Below are positions 40,255 to 52,103 of a stretch of DNA of 64,000 bases, in pieces. Positions within the stretch are counted from its first letter, which is position 1, and every line of letters begins with the position of its first letter. The translations under genes were made by a program, and so were the position numbers. This stretch comes from Antedon mediterranea (taxonomy: Eukaryota > Animalia > Echinodermata), in contig NC_092676.1 in assembly GCF_964355755.1 (NCBI RefSeq), positions 9,463,888-9,527,887 of the forward strand, written 5' to 3'. The notes beneath the pieces are model-generated. The model ran no database searches and was not told the DNA's origin. It was given only the letters and a program-made list of their open reading frames with translations.

Positions 40255-43200
40255 ATGGCGAATGTGGTCCAACCCGTAAGGACCCAGCACAATGCAGCGG
40301 CAAAATGCTGCAATTTGGCAATTTACCTGTTAAATTTAGTATATGCGGTGAGTACTTTAACTTTAATTTTTTTATATGAAAACAAAATTGAGATGAAAGA
40401 AGGTCGTCGTTGTCAACGTTGTATGTGAATAAGATATCTAAAAAAAACCATTATACTGAAAATAATTTATTCGTAAAATACACATTTATTTTCAAGATAT
40501 TTTGTAAATCTGTCAATAAAAATGTTGTATGTCACTGCAGATACTGTTCTGTTTTCAAGGATAATAATCGATCCTAAATCAGCAAATATAAGTTTATTCA
40601 CAATTTCACAATAAAATGCCAACTTAAATTTACAACCACAACACTCAACACCCAAAAAGAAGCGAGTGCTTGTCAGTTTGGTAACTATTATTTAAATACA
40701 TCTACGTACATGTACACACATACAACATACAACAACAAATATGTATGGCCGAGCGGTTAAGGCAGGGGCGCCGTTTACCGTACCTAAAGAGCCAACAACA
40801 TCGGCAAGGGTTCGAGGTGGTGGAACAAGTCTTCTCAAATAAGGACTATAAACCGTAGGTCCAGTCTACACAGTCATAACCTGTGTGCACTTTAAAGAAC
40901 CCAGTTCATTATTCGAAAAGTGTAGGGGTTACCCCGGTGAACTGGTTCACAAAATAGCCCCTGTATCAGGGGGATTACCACCTATCTGATAGGACAGTGA
41001 TTAATTCACTATTGGTAATCCTTGGCCACATTGCCTAAAGACATAAAATAAATATAAAAAAATGTACAAATATTGGTCGCCCGCGACCGGTCAACACCTC
41101 CGGTGGGGCACTCCCCTGTGTGGGTACGGGGGAAATTACTCTCTACTTTAATAGTGACCACCACCATTCAAAGTGACCACCACAGGTGACGTATAAAAGC
41201 ACAAAAACAGGATGAATCCAGTCTGTCCACCGGAAGCACTATACCGATCTTGAGCGACTCAGTAGACATATAGGCCTAATTTTTTTGTTTTTTTTTCTCT
41301 ATAATGTATAATATAAATAGGCCAGTGTATGTCGGCTAACACTTACATACAATGCAATTGTATTAAGCCTTGTCTACACTATCAAACTTTATGTGTCAAA
41401 ATGTGATGTGCCCATATTATGGACATGATGATGTCATATCACTACCATATTTAAGCATAGCACTACCATATATGGGCACATATACAACTTTCTTTACATA
41501 AAGTTTGATAATGTAGACAAGGGTTTAAACAATCTTTATAGTTAAAATGAGGGCTATCCCTAAATATTTAGTAATAAAGTATAGTAATAAAAGTAAATTA
41601 TATAATTTGTCGAAAATTATCATCAGTAAATTATCATTGATTGTTTTTTTTAATTTTTAGTTAGGCAGCTTCGTAATGGCGGCGTTTGCTACATGGGTCA
41701 TAGTTGAAAACATGAGTGGAGATATTGCTCTGATGTTTGACAGTGACACCTACGTATCTGCGGGATTTATTTTAATTTTCGGTGGTTTATTTGTAGTCGT
41801 TTTGGCTATATATGGCTGTTGCAGTACATGGAAACAAAACAAGTCTTGTGTTTTTGTGGTAAGGCGGTGTTTTTACTTTGCATAGACCTATTTTTATTAC
41901 TTGTGAAAATAGAATGTAAATAAATGAATGAAAGTATAGTACTTTGTTTTCTTAGCGCCGCCTACAATGTTCAAGTTATTATTTACCTCCGCCAAGCAGG
42001 ATATGTAGTCGTTCGCGTTTGTTTGTCTGTTTTATTTTGCCAAGTAAAATAAAATTTATTTACTTTGTTGGTATGTATGGTTGTTTGTTTGTTTTTTAGC
42101 ACGATAGCGCCTACAGTTTTCAAGTTATCATTCTGAATTTTTTGGTGTAGATAGGTATATACTTTCAGACCATGTCTATTCAAAATAAAGAAAATGAATT
42201 GCTGTATTAATAACTTCACAAATAACATAAATGACCGGCTAGTGTTAAAAAAAAATTCACCCGTGTTTTTTTTTTTGGCGTTGCTGTTCTATTGTTAGTC
42301 AACTGAAGCTATTGTTAATTGAAAGGCTTGTTACATAACCATTACACCAAATTCGCATACACATGCTTGTAGCGAAATTAGCCTAAATCACACACAGCAT
42401 TAAGACACACACAAAATATATTTATATTTTCCCGGAGAAATCTTATATAGGAGAATTTTACAGGAGTGGCTTTTTAGTTCTGAATGTTTCGCTGTAAATA
42501 GGTTTATACTTACAGACCATTCCAGAAAAAAAAACTTCACAAATATAAAAATTATGTATTCTTTTAACATGGAAATCAACATGCACCCTCTGTTGAAATA
42601 TTCATTTATTTATTATTCAAGATCTAATAATGTTTAAAAAATAATGAAAATAATTTATTGGTAACGTTAGTTATGCAATACCAACATTTGTGGCGCGCCA
42701 CTTTTGTCATAAATTACTTTTATATTAATTAAGTAATACAATTGTGTATGTACTGTACTGTATATTACTCTACGTTCTATTTATATTTCAGTATCTCATA
42801 GCGTTGTCTGTCATGTTTGTTGTGGAAATCATAGGGGGCGTTACAGCACTTTCGTTTTATGTGCAGGTATATGGACTCGTTCTATACATTTTATACACTA
42901 ATTGACAGGAAAAAGTTAAAAGAGACAAGTTTGGTCACGGTCATTGGATACGTTTGGGACACGTCCCGAGGCAATTCTTACACTAACCCTAACCCAAAAT
43001 TACAATAGGCCTACAGTCGAGGGGAAACCTTTAACATGTCTTCTTAATGAGTGTCACATGAATAAGGCTGTCCGTGGTATTAAAACATACTATTATTTAT
43101 CCCTGATCGATTCAAGGAAAGTGTTTCCTTGTCCACTGTATAAAGGGTTGTCTTATACCACAGTAGGTTCTACTGAACAAAGTAACTGTTACATTTTGTT

Positions 43201-45105
43201 TGTCGGTTTTAAACCTATCTTAGGGAACAAACGATTTGGAGACTGTGATGTTGAATACTTTACAGTTTGAATACGGGATTGGAGGAAACGAAAACAACCA
43301 AGACGATGTTACATTCGCATGGAATAACGTTCAAGAAGAGGTACAGTTAATCTTCTAATAGTAACCCACACTCTAATAGTGATCCACACTCTAATAGTAA
43401 CCCCCTCCTAATAGTAGCCCACACTTACTTGTTCACAATTGTTCACTTGTTTCCGGAGCTCAGCGGGTGCTGGGTCCACTCTAATAGTAACCAACACTCT
43501 AATAGTAACCCACACTTTAATATTAACCCCCTTCGAATAGTAACCCTACTTGTAATTCATTCTATAATAATAACCCACTACTCTAATAGTAACTCACACT
43601 CTAATAGTAACTTCCTTCTAATAGTAACCCACACTCTAATAGTAACTCCCTTCTAATAGTAACCCACACTCTAATAGTAACTCACACTCTAATAGTAACT
43701 CCCTTCTAATAGTAACCCACACTCTAATAGTAACTCCCTTCTAATAGTAACCCACACTCTAATAGTAACCCCTGCCCCTAAAAAACACAATAAAAAAATA
43801 ATAACCAAGGGTTACAATTAGAAGATTTACGGTAAAGCAACTTTTTAAAACTTGTTTTCTTTCCGCATTTTAATGAAAATAATAATTTAAGTTACTTTGT
43901 TTGTCTTTCAGTGGGACTGTTGCGGGGTATTCTCGAATGAAGAGGCTGGGCCTATAGCTTACCTACATTCCCAATGGTGGTTAGATCAACCAGTACTATC
44001 ACGTACAAAAGTTCCATTATCATGCTGTAAAGAAAAGGACAATGGAGAACCAATCGATGCACGTCATTGTCAAGACCCGATCACTGATTACAGTCAAGTA
44101 TATAAAGTGGTACTGTAAAGTTTGAATTAAAGTAACCTACTATAAGTAATGAAGAACATGTGTCTATACCTGTATAGTTAACGATTTGGAGAAATTCGTC
44201 TTAATCTGTTTAATGTCATAGGCAAAAGCATTGATACAGCACATTTTTAACATCGTTAAGTAGGCCTAACAGTATAGATGGAAATAGGAATACACATACG
44301 TGTAAATGATTTTTAAAATATATACGATACTGATGGTACTGTCTGATAGGAAGGATAATACTTTTTTTCTTTATAATTGTAATAACTAATTACTATTTTG
44401 GCATCATTGGCATCAGGAATAGCCTTTGTACAGAAACAAACAAAAATCACCAAACAAATTATTGTTTAAATTGATAAAAAAAAACTCTTTTTGAAATTAT
44501 CCCTTTTGTTAATTTATGTAAAGGAATTTATTTATTTAAACTTTTTTCCTTTTGCCAGCTAGTTTTAAAATCTTCTTACTAATTAGTAAAATAATTTGAT
44601 GACAACATGAAATAAATGCTGCATGTTAAGAAACGCTTATTATTCAGATAACGACCAAGTTAAGAAAATAAATAACTATATACTCATTTATTTTATCCTT
44701 TAGGGATGCTATGACGCCGTGAAAGCACACGGTGACCTGTATACAATACCATTATCTGTAATTGGTATCACACATGCGTTCATATTGGTAAGGCAACACA
44801 CATTACTTGATTAAATACAATTTTATCAAGTGAGTGAATGATAGAATGAAACAATTAAACGGTGACCGAGACAAAATGAATAAATAAATGAGCAAATGGA
44901 TAAAGTAATTACTAAAAAATAAATATCTAATCATTTATTTCAAACTTGACGCAAAAGAGCTGATATGCATGAGGCCCTATGTCATGTAAATATTGAACCA
45001 TTCTCTCAAAATAGCCATTGAGTTGTGGTAAATTCATCGTCATTTTTCGTTTTTCAGTTTATTAGCGTGATCTTCGCTTACTGTTTTTACCGAAATATGG
45101 GATAA
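40255..45105 (+). CDS. Tetraspanin B (divergent paralogue), about 270 aa. Exons 40255-40347, 41661-41858, 42792-42866, 43224-43340, 43912-44109, 44704-44787, 45058-45105
   Basis: MANVVQPV...KCCNLAIYLLNLVYA / LGSFVM...IYGCCSTWKQNKSC / ...AWNNVQEE / WDCCGV...KVPLSCC...HCQ / GCYDAV... / FISVIFAYCFYRNMG*. Exons 2, 3, 4 and 6 have the same lengths as in tetraspanin A (198, 75, 117, 84 nt) and all introns are phase 0. Confidence 0.92.
40744..41060 (+). mobile_element. tRNA-derived SINE with a Deu/Nin-like central domain (intron 1 of tetraspanin B)
   Basis: Pol III A box TGGCCGAGCGG and B-box-like GGTTCGAG; core TAAGGACTATAAACCGTAGGTCC...TAAAGAACCCA...ATTCGAAAAG.GTAGGGG..ACCCCGGTG; A-rich tail. Confidence 0.7.
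41366..41524. mobile_element. PIF/Harbinger-like MITE, same family
   Basis: TTA|AGCCTTGTCTACACTATCAAACTTT...AAAGTTTGATAATGTAGACAAGGGT|TTA. Confidence 0.7.
41983..42135 (+). mobile_element. Helentron-associated (DINE-1/HINE-like) short remnant
   Basis: TTACCTCCGCCAAG.AGG.TATGT...CGTTTGTTTGTCTGT start with a GTTT/GTCT microsatellite; recognised by resemblance only. Confidence 0.4.
43344..43832. mobile_element. Pogo-like MITE (same family) with an expanded CTAATAGTAACCCACACT minisatellite, inserted in the exon-4 splice donor of tetraspanin B
   Basis: TA|CAGTTAATCTTCTAAT...ATTAGAAGATTTACGG|TA, with many 17-18-bp repeats inside. Confidence 0.75.
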
Positions 45106-45555
45106 ACAAGTTTTACAAACAAGATTGCTGCCGGAATACTTTTTGTTGAATCGAAAGGCATATACATAATGGTATATTTCTCAACAAAATCCACACCTGA
45201 GATGAGTCATTTCAATTAATTCAACAGCCATGTTTTTTTATGTTGGTATTTAAATGGATTTAGGCGTTTGTTATAAACATTAATAACCTCTGTATAATTA
45301 TGTATAACAATCTACCGTATTCTTTCTTTTCTAATTCAAGAAGATTTTTTTTTGAGTAAGATAAACGATTGGAAATAGAGTAAGAAGCAAATCATGAGAA
45401 AATGCAAAACATATCCTAATAATTCAGAATGTATACAGTTAATTGGCAGGTTCAATCAAGATATGAATGGTTTAATAACGTCAACAATACTGACGTCATA
45501 ATAATAACACACATATTATTAATGACAATTATTATAATCAGAAATACTACTCTAA

Positions 45556-45687
45556 ATCACGTGTCTCACTTATCAAACTAGTTTGACAAAAGAAATGTGC
45601 TCAAATATGGTAGTGATATGATATCATGTCCATATAATTATGCACATCACATTTTCACACATAAAGTTTGATAGTGTAGACAAGGCT
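45556..45687 (-). mobile_element. PIF/Harbinger-like MITE, same family, inverted orientation
   Basis: Reverse complement of the internal motif; ends AAAGTTTGATAGTGTAGACAAGGCT|TTA. Confidence 0.6.
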
Positions 45688-47612
45688 TTAGAGTATATGT
45701 AAACAATCTGTGTAAAGATATTACATTGATATCGAAGCAATCTCCCCAACTGAAAATCGAGCGATTTTTATTATTATTGTACATTTTCTCATTTTTACCA
45801 TTTACATTAATATCGAGACTTATTTAAATATATTTATAAATAACCAATAATTATCATAAAAGAAATTTAGTTATTGATACAAGTTACATGGATTTTATTT
45901 CAATTAGCAATTATAATGATCTCAAATATACTGTAATTGAAACATGTTTTGTTAGCTTTTGTAAATTTTCTATAGTGTAAACGCAATGTTTCCATTTGTC
46001 AATATTAATATTATTGATTGCTATCATTCTTGATTGATTGATTCATTAAGAAATGTGTATTTGTGTACGTTAATTATCATTATAAACAACATTCTATTTT
46101 CATTTACAAGTAGGTTAAAATAAGGAATGCTTATTGTGTAAAGTGAACAATATATAAACAATTATGGTAAATAAATATTTTTTGAAAATGTAAAATACAT
46201 CTAGTCATGAGTGCACGATTTTAAAGCATTAGAATGAAAATACTTAATTTTTATTTCTTACATAAGAAATAATTTGGAATTTGTAACAGACTGGTTATTA
46301 CACCAATGTCGTTACTTTTTCTTTTTTGAAACAGAACACGATTATACTGTTTCCGTCTGATGCACCGGCGCTGATCTATGTTGATATCTATATATAAATT
46401 ATGGTTAATTCTGACATAGGCGAGCACAATGCAAAAACTTCGGTACAAATCTCCGCCTTGGATACCTACCTTATCTATCCGAGATGTACCGCGAAACGTA
46501 GATTTGATAACATTAGTGTGCACGCCGACGCTTTTGTTCCATATTTATATCTTAGGAAGATATTATAAAGAGTTTTTTAACAACATTTATGATTTCAACA
46601 TTGGATTTTCCTCTCAATTTCAATTCTTCCCGGTCAAAGTAATTTCCGGGTTTAAGATAAGTTCACCTTAGTTTCAAATATGTTCTCTCTTTTATACACA
46701 AGGGAGCAGTTAAAATAATAGATTTGACCCTAAAGGTGACTGGAAACAGGCACTTTCCATCAATCAATACAGTGTCCCTTTGGAAGACGAAAAAAAAATT
46801 GGCCATTAATCATAGCCATTTCAGTTTTTTGTTTATTTTAAAACATACCACACGTGTGTGAAGGTACAGTAGTTAAATAATAGGAATTATACTGCAAATT
46901 AATAAAGATCAAATTAAATATACGCCATAAAGAATCAGAATATATTATGGGGAATAGTATTTTCGAGTGAAATCCCGATAGCTGAGTTTTATTGAGTAAG
47001 CTTGCAGGAATAACTGTAGGCTATCTTCCTGTGTCCCGTTAGGACCGAGATGTCTGCCCATGTTGCAAGCCGTAATGTCTTCTTTCTTGGGCCCACTCTG
47101 TTACGGCAGTTAGTTTCAAAAGATGATTAAATTAAATAATGTATTAATAATTATTAGGATGGTATTCATTTGAATAAACGCCTCTCCAATAAAACATCAC
47201 TTTGAATAATAACCCCCCCCCCCCCCCCACAACCCAACTATCTAATAAACGTCCATCCACATATTTATAATAACACAATTATACTATTTGTAGCAGAATT
47301 CACCGCACTGTTATCTGCAATTTACCAAGCATTTGTTATTCTTTTTTACCACTTTTCATATCTATGAGAGGATTTCATTTGATTATAAATGTTATCATAT
47401 TATTAGAACTAAAAAATTTAACATATATCCCTCGAATAAGCACCTCCCTCAAATGACCTCCGCCTCCCCAAAGGGCCCTACCAAACAATAAAAACTATAC
47501 TTTAAAATGTTATTAATCATCTAAAACACTGTGAAACAAAGTAGTTTAGTTTTATGAATGTCAAGCATTTTCAATAATGATAACCGACAGAAAATGTATA
47601 AGGAGAACATTA

Positions 47613-47677
47613 TCATTCCGAGAACCATCGTCTACACTTCCTAGAGGGGGAGCGAGCGAAGCGAGCTCACCCTCTAG
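47613..47677 (+). mobile_element. Isolated 3' end of a related Helitron family
   Basis: CGAGAACCATC leader followed by hairpin CTAGAGGGGGAGC-GAGCGAAGCGA-GCTCACCCTCTAG|T. Confidence 0.55.
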
Positions 47678-48594
47678 TACATACAATTCTAAATGGAAAC
47701 GCTTGTGTCACAGTTCGTGCATCGGTAATACTCAATACTGTACATCGGTATAGATTTTAAACGATAAGAAAAAATACATTAAGAACAACTATATACATTA
47801 ACTAATATCAGAACGTTTGTAGGCCTACACATAATATCATATAGAATATTCGTTTACAATTATTATGACTTTGCTATTGTCGGATTTCCGTTAATAATTT
47901 TTTTTATCAAGGTTACCGTTCAGTTTGTGTAAGTTATACAATGAAAAGTAGGTTAAATGTGTCGTTTAAACTCCTGTGATGAACAAGGTCGGAGTAAACT
48001 AAAAAAATGTTTGCTGAAGCAGTGGAAACTGCAATATTGCTTTTCATTTTTTAAACATCATATTTGCCGTAAGTAATTTGACATTTGCATATATTGGAAA
48101 AAATTATACGTATATGATCAAATAAGCTGTTTAAACTTTCATTCTAAAAAAGCTGTGACTCCGAAATCTACATAATAATCAATGTATTTTGGTAATAGAT
48201 AAGAAACTAGTGAAATTTTAAGTAAACATTACTCGTTAAAGATTGGCCTACAACTATTTTAAAAGCAATGCATCAGCTCCGTTATACTCTACATAAATCA
48301 ATTGTGTATTGATTTTATAATTTCTCTTATCTTAATGGCATAGGAATCACGGCGTTCGGTACTTATGTTTTATTTAACATTAATAGAGAACATACTAGTC
48401 TGATTATTTTAAAAAAATTTTAATTAAAAATTTTTATAATTTTCAAAATAAGATTTCCAAAGACAAAACAAACAAGCATCATAAAATAGTTTAATAATAA
48501 CAATGGTAAATAGGATAACAATAACGTTGTAAAAAAAACCTAAACAAAAAAATAGTCAAATACTATAGTAAAGTTTTTATTCTATTTAATTGTC

Positions 48595-49095
48595 AAGAAC
48601 AACCTCGTTTAAATGACAACCAACTCTCGTAAGGGATCGCTTTTTATAATCGACCACCTCTCGTAAGTGACCATCTCTTTTAAAGGACCACCGACTCTCG
48701 TAAGAGACCGCTTTTCATAATCGACCACCTCCAGTAACGACCACAATCTCTGTTAAGAGACCACTTCTCACAATCGACCACCTCTCATACTGTAAGTGAT
48801 CACCTCCTCTCATAAGGGACCGTTTCTAATAATCGATCACCTCTCGTAAGCGACCACCTTTCTTTAACGACCACACCTCTCGTAAGTGATCACCTCTTTT
48901 AATGGACCACAACCAATCTCTCTCTGACGTGAGGTGTGGTCGTAGAGAGAAGCAGTCACTTAACAGAGACGGTGGTCGTTCTATAGAGCTAGGTGGTCAC
49001 TTACGAGAGGTCGTTGTTAGGGGAGATGTTCGATTATGAGAAACGGTCCCTTAAAAGAGGTGGTGGTCCTTTAAAAGAGGTCGTCACTTACTACA
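48595..49095. repeat. Degenerate array of ACCACCTCTCGTAAG-type repeats, direct then inverted (Tc1/mariner MITE subterminal type)
   Basis: Many ~17-22-bp units on + up to about 48910, then reverse-complement units (GGTGGTCACTTACGAGAGG) to 49095. Confidence 0.65.
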
Positions 49096-49229
49096 TAAAG
49101 ATGTATTGTCCCCCAAAAACATGAAAAATGAAGATTAATTAAATCAGACTTTGAATGTGTTATTTTGTAGCTTTAATAAAGTTAATCACTTCCATAGAAA
49201 AAAAAACGAAAAAAAAAGGTTTTCTATAA

Positions 49230-50788
49230 TCTATATATAAATTTACGTAAGGGCAAAATTCGGTAAATCGCGCCTTACTTCTAGAATTTTTACTCGATGG
49301 TATATAAAGTTGGTTCGTACTTTCGGTACTGATTTTAACCACCTGATGTAACCCTGTTTACTAATTAAATTAAGTTAGATAATTAGTTATTGACGATTAA
49401 AACGAATTTAGGTTCAACGATTTGCCCCAAATAGGGGTGTTTTCCGATCGTGGTATACACTGTCTAATGGATGTCCATCTTGAAAAATACCCGCCACAAA
49501 AATGCGAGGAGGCTTCGCATTTTCCTATCTCCTCCTACGATAATTGTTTTTAATAGCTGAAAACCGGTTGAACAGTTCGAGTACAGCATCATAATGTTGA
49601 AGACAGGCCGATTTTCTTTAAAAAATACTATTTTGATACATTTAATATACGTTTTTACAAATGTATTGATTTGTGATGAATGGAACATTCCAAATTATTT
49701 GGTTTAACCATACAGGTATAGATTTAGATTTATGGGCCCCCTTGGAGAATAAACATAAATAGTATTGCAATGCTGTACAATACTGTTAAGGTATTAACCA
49801 CTTTTGATCGCAATTTGAATCGCAAATTTCTTACTGTGAGTGTTGGTACTGTTAGATGTAATATAAAAATATATACAAATAACCTTTATTACTGTGAGTG
49901 TGGGTAAGCCCTACTGTTAGATTATAAACATATAATATACAAATAAACATTCCAAATTATTTGGTTTAACCATAGAGGTATAGATTTAGATTTATGGGCC
50001 CCCTTGGAGAATAAACATAAATAGTATTGCAATGCTGTACAATACTGTTAAGGTATTAACCACTTTTGATCCCAATTTGAATCGCAAATTTCTTACTGTG
50101 AGTGTTGGTACTGTTAGATGTAATATAAAAATATATACAAATAAACTTTATTACTGTGAGTGTGGGTAGGCCCTACTGTTAGATTATAAACATATAATAA
50201 ACAAATAAATAAACGTTATTACTGACAGTTGCTTCTCAACGTTTGTATTAATTAATAATTTAAAAATATATAAACGTCGTAGTGGTGTATCGTTACATGT
50301 ACTTTACTATTTCAATCGACTATGACAGTGAGAGTTTTAACAAAGTACCGTATTAAATCGTAAATGTTTTACTGTATTTAGTGGTATATTATTTATAGGC
50401 CTATAAAACATTAAAAACAATATTTCGTTACTGAGTGGATAAGAATATATTTTAAAATGTTTCCTCTTTGTACCTATCTTCTTCCCCCATCCCTCAACCC
50501 TTAATGTTACATACAAAACACAAATTGAGTTTGTTTAAATGAGTCCAAATAAAAAAATTTGACTCATTTTGTTTCTCTCTTGGAAGTAATTCCCAGGGTG
50601 CTAATTTTGGTTGACTACATAAATCATTGTGTATATTTATTCGTTTCTGTAAACGATAATGTATTATAGTCCTGCGGTACGTACATTTGAAATCTCCATT
50701 TTTTTTCTCGCTGGAAATACTGTGTATTCGAGAACCATCTGTGGGCACGACCTAGATGGTACGCGAGCAAAGCGAGCGTGCCATCTAG
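49230..50788 (+). mobile_element. Non-autonomous Helitron, unit 1
   Basis: A|TCTATATATAAA 5' end, 3' hairpin CTAGATGGTACGC-GAGCAAAGCGA-GCGTGCCATCTAG|T, no TSD, and an internal 262-bp tandem duplication (49684-50207). Confidence 0.75.
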
Positions 50789-52103
50789 TTATATAAATTT
50801 ACGTAAGGGCAAAATTCGGTAAATCGCGCCTTACTTCTAGAATTTTTACTCGATGGTATATAAAGTTGGTTCGTACTTTCGGTACTGATTTTAACCACCT
50901 GATGTAACCCTGTTTACTAATTAAATTAAGTTAGATAATTAGTTATTGACGATTAAAACGAATTTAGGTTCAACGATTTGCCCCAAATAGGGGTGTTTTT
51001 CGATCGTGGTATACACTGTTTTATGGATGTCCAACTTGAAAAATACCCGCACACAATAATACGAGGACGCTTCGCATTTTCCTATCTTCTCCTACGATAA
51101 TTGTTTTTAATAGCTGAAAACCGGTTGAACTGCTCGAGTACAGCATCATAATGTTGAAGACAGGCCGATTTTCTTTAAAAAATACTATTTTGATAGATTT
51201 AATTTACGTTTTTACAAATGTATTGATTTGCGATGAATGGAACATTCCAATCTCTCAGTCTGCCAGTTTGGTTTAACACAAGTAGGTAAATTTATGAGCC
51301 CTTGGAGAATAAACTTGCAATACTTTGACAATACAGTACTGCAAATACGTCCTATTAACCATTTTTGGTCGTCATTTGAATCAAACATTTCTTACTGTGA
51401 ATAGATTAAAAAAAATATATACAAACATTTCTTACTGTGAATACTGTTAGATGTAAAAAAATATATACAAATAAACTTTATTACTGTGATTATGGGTAGG
51501 CTCTACTGTTAGATATATAAACACGTAATATACAAATAAACTTTATTACTGACAGTTGCTTCTCAATGTTTGCATTAATTAATAATTACAAAAAATATAA
51601 ACGTCGTAGTGGTGTATCGTTACATGTACTTTACTATTTCAATCGACTATGACAGTGACAGTTTTAACAAAGTATTAAATCGCAAATGTTTTACTATATT
51701 TAGTCACCGTTAGTGGTATATTATTTATAGGCCTATAAAAAATGAAAACAATATTTCGTTACAGACGTGGATAAAGAATATATTTAAAAATTGTTCCTCT
51801 TTGTACCTATCCTCTTTCCCATCCCTCAACCCTAATTGGGTCTCTTTAAATGAATAAACAATTTGGACTCATTTTGTGGTAAATTTCTCTTTCGGAAGTA
51901 ATTTCCAGGGTGCTAATTTTGGTTGACTACATAAATCATTGTGTCTACTTATTCGTTTCTGTAAACGACAATGTATTATAGTTAAGTCCTGCGGTACGTG
52001 CAAATCGCCAGATTTTTTACCCTGAAAAAAATTACTGTGTATTCGAGAACCATCTGTGGGCACGACCTAGATGGTACGCGAGCGAAGCGAGCGTACCATC
52101 TAG
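50789..52103 (+). mobile_element. Non-autonomous Helitron, unit 2 (head-to-tail with unit 1)
   Basis: Restarts with TATATAAATTTACGTAAGGGC directly after the CTAG of unit 1, and ends CTAGATGGTACGC-GAGCGAAGCGA-GCGTACCATCTAG|T. Confidence 0.75.

Noticed and set aside
40744-40820. Possible tRNA gene
   Set aside because: A and B boxes are present but there is no cloverleaf, and the sequence continues into a SINE core and tail.
43344-43780. Regular 17-18-bp repeats resembling a CRISPR array
   Set aside because: There are no unique spacers of constant length and no cas genes. The repeats are the interior of a TA-flanked MITE in a eukaryotic intron.
48595-49095. Repeat array resembling CRISPR or iterons
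   Set aside because: The units are degenerate and switch orientation midway, which is typical of MITE subterminal repeats.
50494-52063. Paired ORFs starting MPTDGSRIHS
   Set aside because: They are antisense to the 3' ends of the two Helitron units, and the frame is broken by indels between copies.
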